DNA of 58,089 bases, counting the filler, from Sluysia triapertura (Eukaryota): assembly GCA_046118255.1 (NCBI GenBank). It is 4 parts of 4 records of this genome, joined end to end, with 100 filler letters (N's around TTAATTAATTAA, not from the genome) between each part and the next. Parts side by side here need not be neighbours in the genome. Positions count along the whole stretch, not along the records: positions 40,094 to 58,089 come from JBJNIA010183279.1; 3 more parts are not named here. One strand, given 5' to 3'. The notes under the pieces were generated by a model. That model was given only the letters and a program-made list of their open reading frames with translations. It did no database searches and was not told the DNA's origin. The position numbers were made by a program, and so were the translations under genes. Positions within the stretch are counted from its first letter, which is position 1; each line of letters starts with the position of its first letter. Below, piece by piece: positions 52,620 through 58,089 of the stretch.

Positions 52620-52915
52620 TTATTTCTTTTATTTACTTTGTCTATAATTTAAATTTTGATTTTATTCTAGACGATAATTCTGGGTTAAAGCTAGGATATA
52701 ACAATAACAACGAAACTTAAACTTTTTGTTATAATACAAAATATAAAAACTAGTATAGTCATTGACGTCTTTTTAATTGAGTTCCTTGAATCGTAAATTA
52801 TAAGTCTGTATAAAAATTTTAAACATAATATTCGTAACGAATTTGGATTTTATGATACAATTAAAATTTATATCAATTTTGATTTCAAAACTAAAAGATC
52901 TATTACTAAACTAAA

Positions 52916-53095
52916 TTGCTATCATTTAAATTTAACAAATCAAAACATAACTATACCAAATTGCTGCAAGTTAAAATTAATACTACAAAATTTAACCATA
53001 CCAAATTGTTTTCAATTAAAATTAACATTCCAAAACCAAACATTACTAAATTGGTGTCATTTAAAATTAATACAACGAAACATAACTTTACCAAA
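52916..53095 (+). repeat. 45-bp x4 minisatellite encoding LxxxK(I/F)NxxKxNxTK
   Basis: Four 15-codon units, no indels, invariant L/K/N/K/N/T/K. Confidence 0.8.
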
Positions 53096-53109
53096 TCCAT
53101 GCGGTCTCC

Positions 53110-53280
53110 AATCCTTATATAGGTCTTTCGAACCTTAAGATATTTTTTAGCTGTTAAGATCATTATAAATGTTTTTTTCATGATTCTTATTTCAACAATG
53201 TTTATAATGTTCAATCCATCACTTTACATCAGTTCTATATGTTTCTTGCTTATCTCCTGATCCACAGTTGGGCATCCGAT
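53110..53280 (+). repeat. Unclassified interspersed repeat, partial copy D
   Basis: CCTTATATAGGTCTTT...TTTTCATGATTCTT matches about 55500-55620. Confidence 0.75.
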
Positions 53281-54479
53281 AAAATGAAAGCTTTTCTAAA
53301 ATATGATAGTATATTTACAATAAAGATTTAGCTTCAAGTGATAAACATATTTGTTGGGATTGGTGAAGGATAAAGGTAGATATAAGGGTCAGGACTCAGG
53401 ATAATAGAATAAGTTCAACATTATTAAAAAAATAAGATGAAGTGCTATGATGAACTGTAATGGTAAGACAAATATGTAAAATACTTAAATCAAGATAAAA
53501 TAATGAGAAATACGAAGAAATAACCTTTATTTGTTAAAATATTAAAGTACATTTGTCAATTAACTTAATTAAAATTTGTTTAATTTGATAACTTAATAAA
53601 CATGTTTGATCATAATAAAATGATATTGGATTTAGTGTATGATATTGAGTTTTATTATTGTTTTTAATGATGAAGTATTGTGAAGCATGTCAACGTAGAG
53701 CATAAAAATTAGTTATAATTAATTTTTATAATTTAAAATTAAAGTTAAATATGTTCCGATGTTTAAGAATTAATAAATTATATATCAAATTGATGCTTAT
53801 GTTGCTTCTTTGAACTTAACAATAATAGCAAATTAATATCGGTTAATATATTTAACAAAACTTCAATAATTAATCACATTATCACAAATTTCCTTATTTC
53901 AAAGATTAAGTTTTTAAAATAAAATAAACAACAAATCAATAATTTAATGATTACAAAAAATCAAATACAAATTACTGTTATAAGTCCTCACTAAACAACA
54001 ATAAAATGACTAAAACTAAATGATTAACAATAACGTTTATAATAGTATCAAGTATATGATAGTCTATATGAAGAAACCAGGAGTGACGCAATACGCACAA
54101 AAATATCAATATCCAGAAAATTTAAAATAGCAATGATGCTTAAATATTTTAAAAATAAATTGGGCAGAGTGCCTCCCACGAAATTATCTTACAATTAGGT
54201 AAAAATTAAATTATTAACTTAAAATATTTTAAAAATAAATTGGGTAGGGTCTCTCCCACAAAGATGACTTCAAATTCCTAAAAATAAAATAATTAAAATA
54301 AAATAAAATAAATTGGGTTGGGTGTCACCCGCAATACTAATCTTGTGATATTTCCCAAAAAAACTTATTTATTTTATTTAAAATAATAAAAGTATTACGA
54401 TATGCATGGATTTTCTCCTGCTCAATGCCTGCGCATTTATGTGACTGTGTAATTATGTTGTAAAATTTTAAAAGTTTTT

Positions 54480-55660
54480 ATTTTATACTCTCTTATCATC
54501 CAATGAATCCCCAATCTCACAATCAAACACTCCCACACAAATCATCAAAACCTCTTTGAGAATTAGGCCGACAATAATAGCTACGACAATTACATGATAA
54601 GGTCTGTCAAACTTCATTATGTACAAAACACAAAAATTTGACTCATTATCAATCATCATTTTCTTTTACTCTACTCAATCTATCTTTACTAAATTACTTT
54701 TCATATTAAAATAACAATCAACAATATTATTAACATTCATAAAAATAATGAATTTAATTTCACTTTTAGGATTTAATTAATTTTCGATTTTTTACACCCA
54801 ATTTTCTAATAAAAATGTTTTAAGGTTGTTATTCTCAAACAAATCGTTCTACAAACATTTCTAACTCACTTTTAGATTCTCTTTCATAGCACTTATCTCA
54901 TATTTCATTCATTACATTTGAATCACTCTAAGTATAAAAATTTGACATTAAATTAAAAATTAATTAAAATTTGACTTTGCTCAATATTAAGGCCTTCCTT
55001 GCATGAACTCTGTCAAACCATAGTTCATCGAAACGTCTTTTCAAAACAAATACATACATAGTTTCAAATTCAACATAGCATTCCGCATTCAAAAGTTATT
55101 CACAAAAACGTAATTTTTCTTAATTAAGTTAATTAAGGTTTTAATTAATTAATCTCTTTTTTGACTTAATTTTGTTTTATGTTTAAAGGTTATTTAGTAA
55201 TGTATATGGCCCTCAGGAGGCTCTAGATCTTTTCACATTCACCTCTCTGATTCCTTTTTCTACTTCTTCATGTTATCACATTAAACTTTATTATTTTGAA
55301 CAAAGATTTTATTTCTCAAACATGTTAAAGATTTTACACACTTTATAATATTACTCGAAGATCTTCGATGTTTATCAAAGTTTCCAGAATACTTAGAAGT
55401 TAATAAAGTCTTAGATGATCTCAAAATTAACAAGTTCAAAGTTATTCCAATGCCTCGAAAGGTTTTTCAAGTCCACTTCAAGCCTCCCAAAGGTTTCCAC
55501 ACCTTATATAGGTCTTTGAAACTCTAAGGTATTCTTCAGCTGCTAACCTAATTATAAATGCTTTTATTTTCATGATTCTTTTTCCAACAATGTTCATAAT
55601 TTCAATCTATCAACTCTTCCCTCATTTCCTAATTAACAGTTCGACAATCCCAGCACTCAT
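54480..55660 (+). repeat. Unclassified interspersed repeat, copy C
   Basis: Colinear with A and with the inverse of B. Confidence 0.85.
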
Positions 55661-56699
55661 AGAAAGACTAATTCAAATATGCTATTGAACTTGACGTGCA
55701 ACGTACGGTTGACTCACGACGTATTAATTCAGAATACTCCTGTGATAAATAAACTTATTGTTTCATTGATTTTATAGTTAAATTAAATTGACAAATTTCG
55801 TTATTATTAGAAAAGCAATGTAACAATGATTTTAAATTTTAATTAGATGATATTATTTTAAATAAATGGAATGATAATGAAGTTGATCATAGACGGAAAT
55901 TGCTGTCGACATTTAATCGGCGAAATTAGTGGGCTTATTGCCGACTAAAAGAAAATCGACAGCTTTAATTTTCATCTTGTTCGATTTCTGATTTTTAATT
56001 TCACTAATTGTCATAAAACTGCTATATAAGAAGTTACATTTCTGCAATAAAAACAGAAACAAAGCCGACATTAAGACGGAGTAAAGAAAAATCGAATTAA
56101 CTTTTCAATTTTTCATCTGTGGATAACGGTGACACTAAAGTTATTTCTTTAGTAATTGATTAAAATAAACCATTTTCTTTTTAGGCCAAGGGTTAGTAAT
56201 ATTTTTCTTAGTGTTTATATTTTGCGTTAATACGATTGCGAAAATTTAAATAAGTTGTACTATCCCTGGTTAATATTTGTCATTGAAGAGTGATTTATAT
56301 TCTTATAAAGAATAATTTGTACAGTTATTGTTATAAAGTATAATTTGTATTTCCATTGTTTTAAAGAGTTATAATCTTGTGATAATATAAAGAACATATC
56401 GAGATTTTGAATTTTAATTTAATAATTTGGAAAATAAAGGTATTAAAAGTAATAACATATTAATATAGTAAGACATTTTTCATTAGTTCTTTGTTGCATA
56501 AGATTTTGGTTCTTTGTGATAAGTTAATAACAGGGTCAAATAATCCTCTAGTTATTTTCATAGTTTCGCACGTCCTTATAAAGTTTAATTTTAATAATGT
56601 GAATATTTTATGTAAACCCCCAATTTGAGTCAGGAGTGGGATGTTCCTGCTGAATCAATTGACCATAGTTGTTTTTCCTTGTATAATTTTCATAATATT

Positions 56700-56952
56700 C
56701 ATAATGGTAATAACAATAACGATAATTTCTCTAATAATAATAATAATAATGCAAAAAATAACAATAGTAATGATACCAATAACAACGTTAATAATGACTA
56801 TAACGATAGCCGCAGTACATATACTTATAATAATAAAGTAATAATTAATAAGGACAACGATAATAATATTAATGAAAATATTAATATTAATAGTAATAAT
56901 AATAATTATAACAATAATGACTATAGTAATAATAACATTAATAATAATAATG
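56700..56952. repeat. Degenerate (AAT/AAC/GAT)n low-complexity tract
   Basis: Read directly. Confidence 0.85.
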
Positions 56953-58089
56953 TTTAAGAATACTGCTGCGCACACGGAACACCTCATAATACACTATTCA
57001 GTAAACACCGTATTATCAAAACTACATCATATAATAATATCTGCATACATTTTCTTATATAAACCACAAGCACAAACAAAATGTTACTCCACAATTAAAA
57101 ACTTATCAGAACACGAACAACAGAAAACATACCATGCACCTAAAGACACGTATCAAGACAAACACACTTAAACAATAATGATTGTAAGGCGGCCACTCGA
57201 AGAACCAAAAATTAACACCCTAATCGTTTTTCGACATATTCATCATATGCCTGGGTGATTCCTTCCTCGCCACGTCCGCTTCTTCCAACAAATATGATCG
57301 GTACCAATCCGAAGATATCGATTAAATTTAATAGTGCTTACAAAACATATACAAACAATCATAAATGAACCACACATTCTATGCTTCTTGAAACCCTTAC
57401 ATTACAACAGAAAAAACGCCGGTAGTCAAATACATTTTAAACAATTCGTACGATAACACATTCATGCTTTACTCGAATACTACAACAATGAACCAAGAAC
57501 CATATGACAGTAAATTAACCACTCTGCATCAACAGAAAATAAACTACATGTTTAAAAACCATTGGGACATTCCCATTTAAATAAGAGACCAATGCGACAC
57601 TCCCACTCAAAGAGTTCTACGTATTCCCTGGGGATCACCCCTAAAATTACTGAAGTCAATTTCATCGGTGTGGGGCGTTGACACCAATTTGGGGTGATAA
57701 TATCTTGACACCAATTTGGGGCGTTACGATTGTGACACCATTTTGAGGTTATGTGGTCGAGTGCCTCATTTGTAATACTGTTCAGTTTATAAAAATGTAA
57801 ATATTTAGTGATTCGATATAGACATGAAAATTTGACTATCTCTAAACTTTTATAATCTAATATTTGTAATTGCCTATATTTGGGACATATGCGTGTCGAA
57901 ATTTCGTTTAATCGAATAAAATAGCTCTTATAGTATGCAACCTTTTATGCTTTCGAAATATTAAAATAACAAATAATTCATTAAAGACCAAAAATTTAAA
58001 ATTTATTACTAAATTAATTAATTTAAAATTTTGTTCATCAAAGACAAATAAATCCAAAATTGAATTTTCATACTCTAAATTCCTTTCGA

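Noticed and set aside
56625-57171. Asn-rich and Ile-rich ORFs
   Set aside because: Products of a degenerate (AAT)n tract; no domain
57679-57748. CRISPR-like repeat-spacer appearance
   Set aside because: Repeats (16 bp) and spacers (11 bp) are too short, there are only three units, the context is eukaryotic and no cas genes are present

Overview
Very AT-rich (roughly 20-25% GC by eye) eukaryotic, most likely invertebrate metazoan, genomic scaffold with short GT-AG introns and three artificial 100-bp gap linkers (N44-TTAATTAATTAA-N44). The one well-supported gene is a minus-strand, multi-exon, highly divergent soluble guanylate cyclase-like gene (H-NOX C-part, H-NOBA/PAS, first half of the cyclase domain; 7 phase-compatible exons, 34427-42151). 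It appears to lack the YxSxR heme motif, its signalling helix is replaced by an Asn-rich tract, and the guanine-specifying Glu is Asp. Also present: the probable 3' end of an unknown plus-strand gene (30125-31896) and decayed intronless gene copies (GSK3 N-lobe, DNAAF5/HEATR2-like, unknown ORF blocks). Two of these copies sit behind the same palindromic CAGTGTTGACA + paired-CCAAT upstream module. Transposon relics are common: a complete defective Tc3-like DD34E element, a Helitron helicase fragment, piggyBac-like, Tc2-like and hAT-like ends, LTR remnants and a >1 kb four-copy unclassified repeat. The most novel-looking items are a TRIM-like element whose terminal repeats carry tRNA-like A/B boxes, two codon-preserving peptide minisatellites, and the shared promoter module. 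All calls are by eye and from recalled family motifs; no searches were run.
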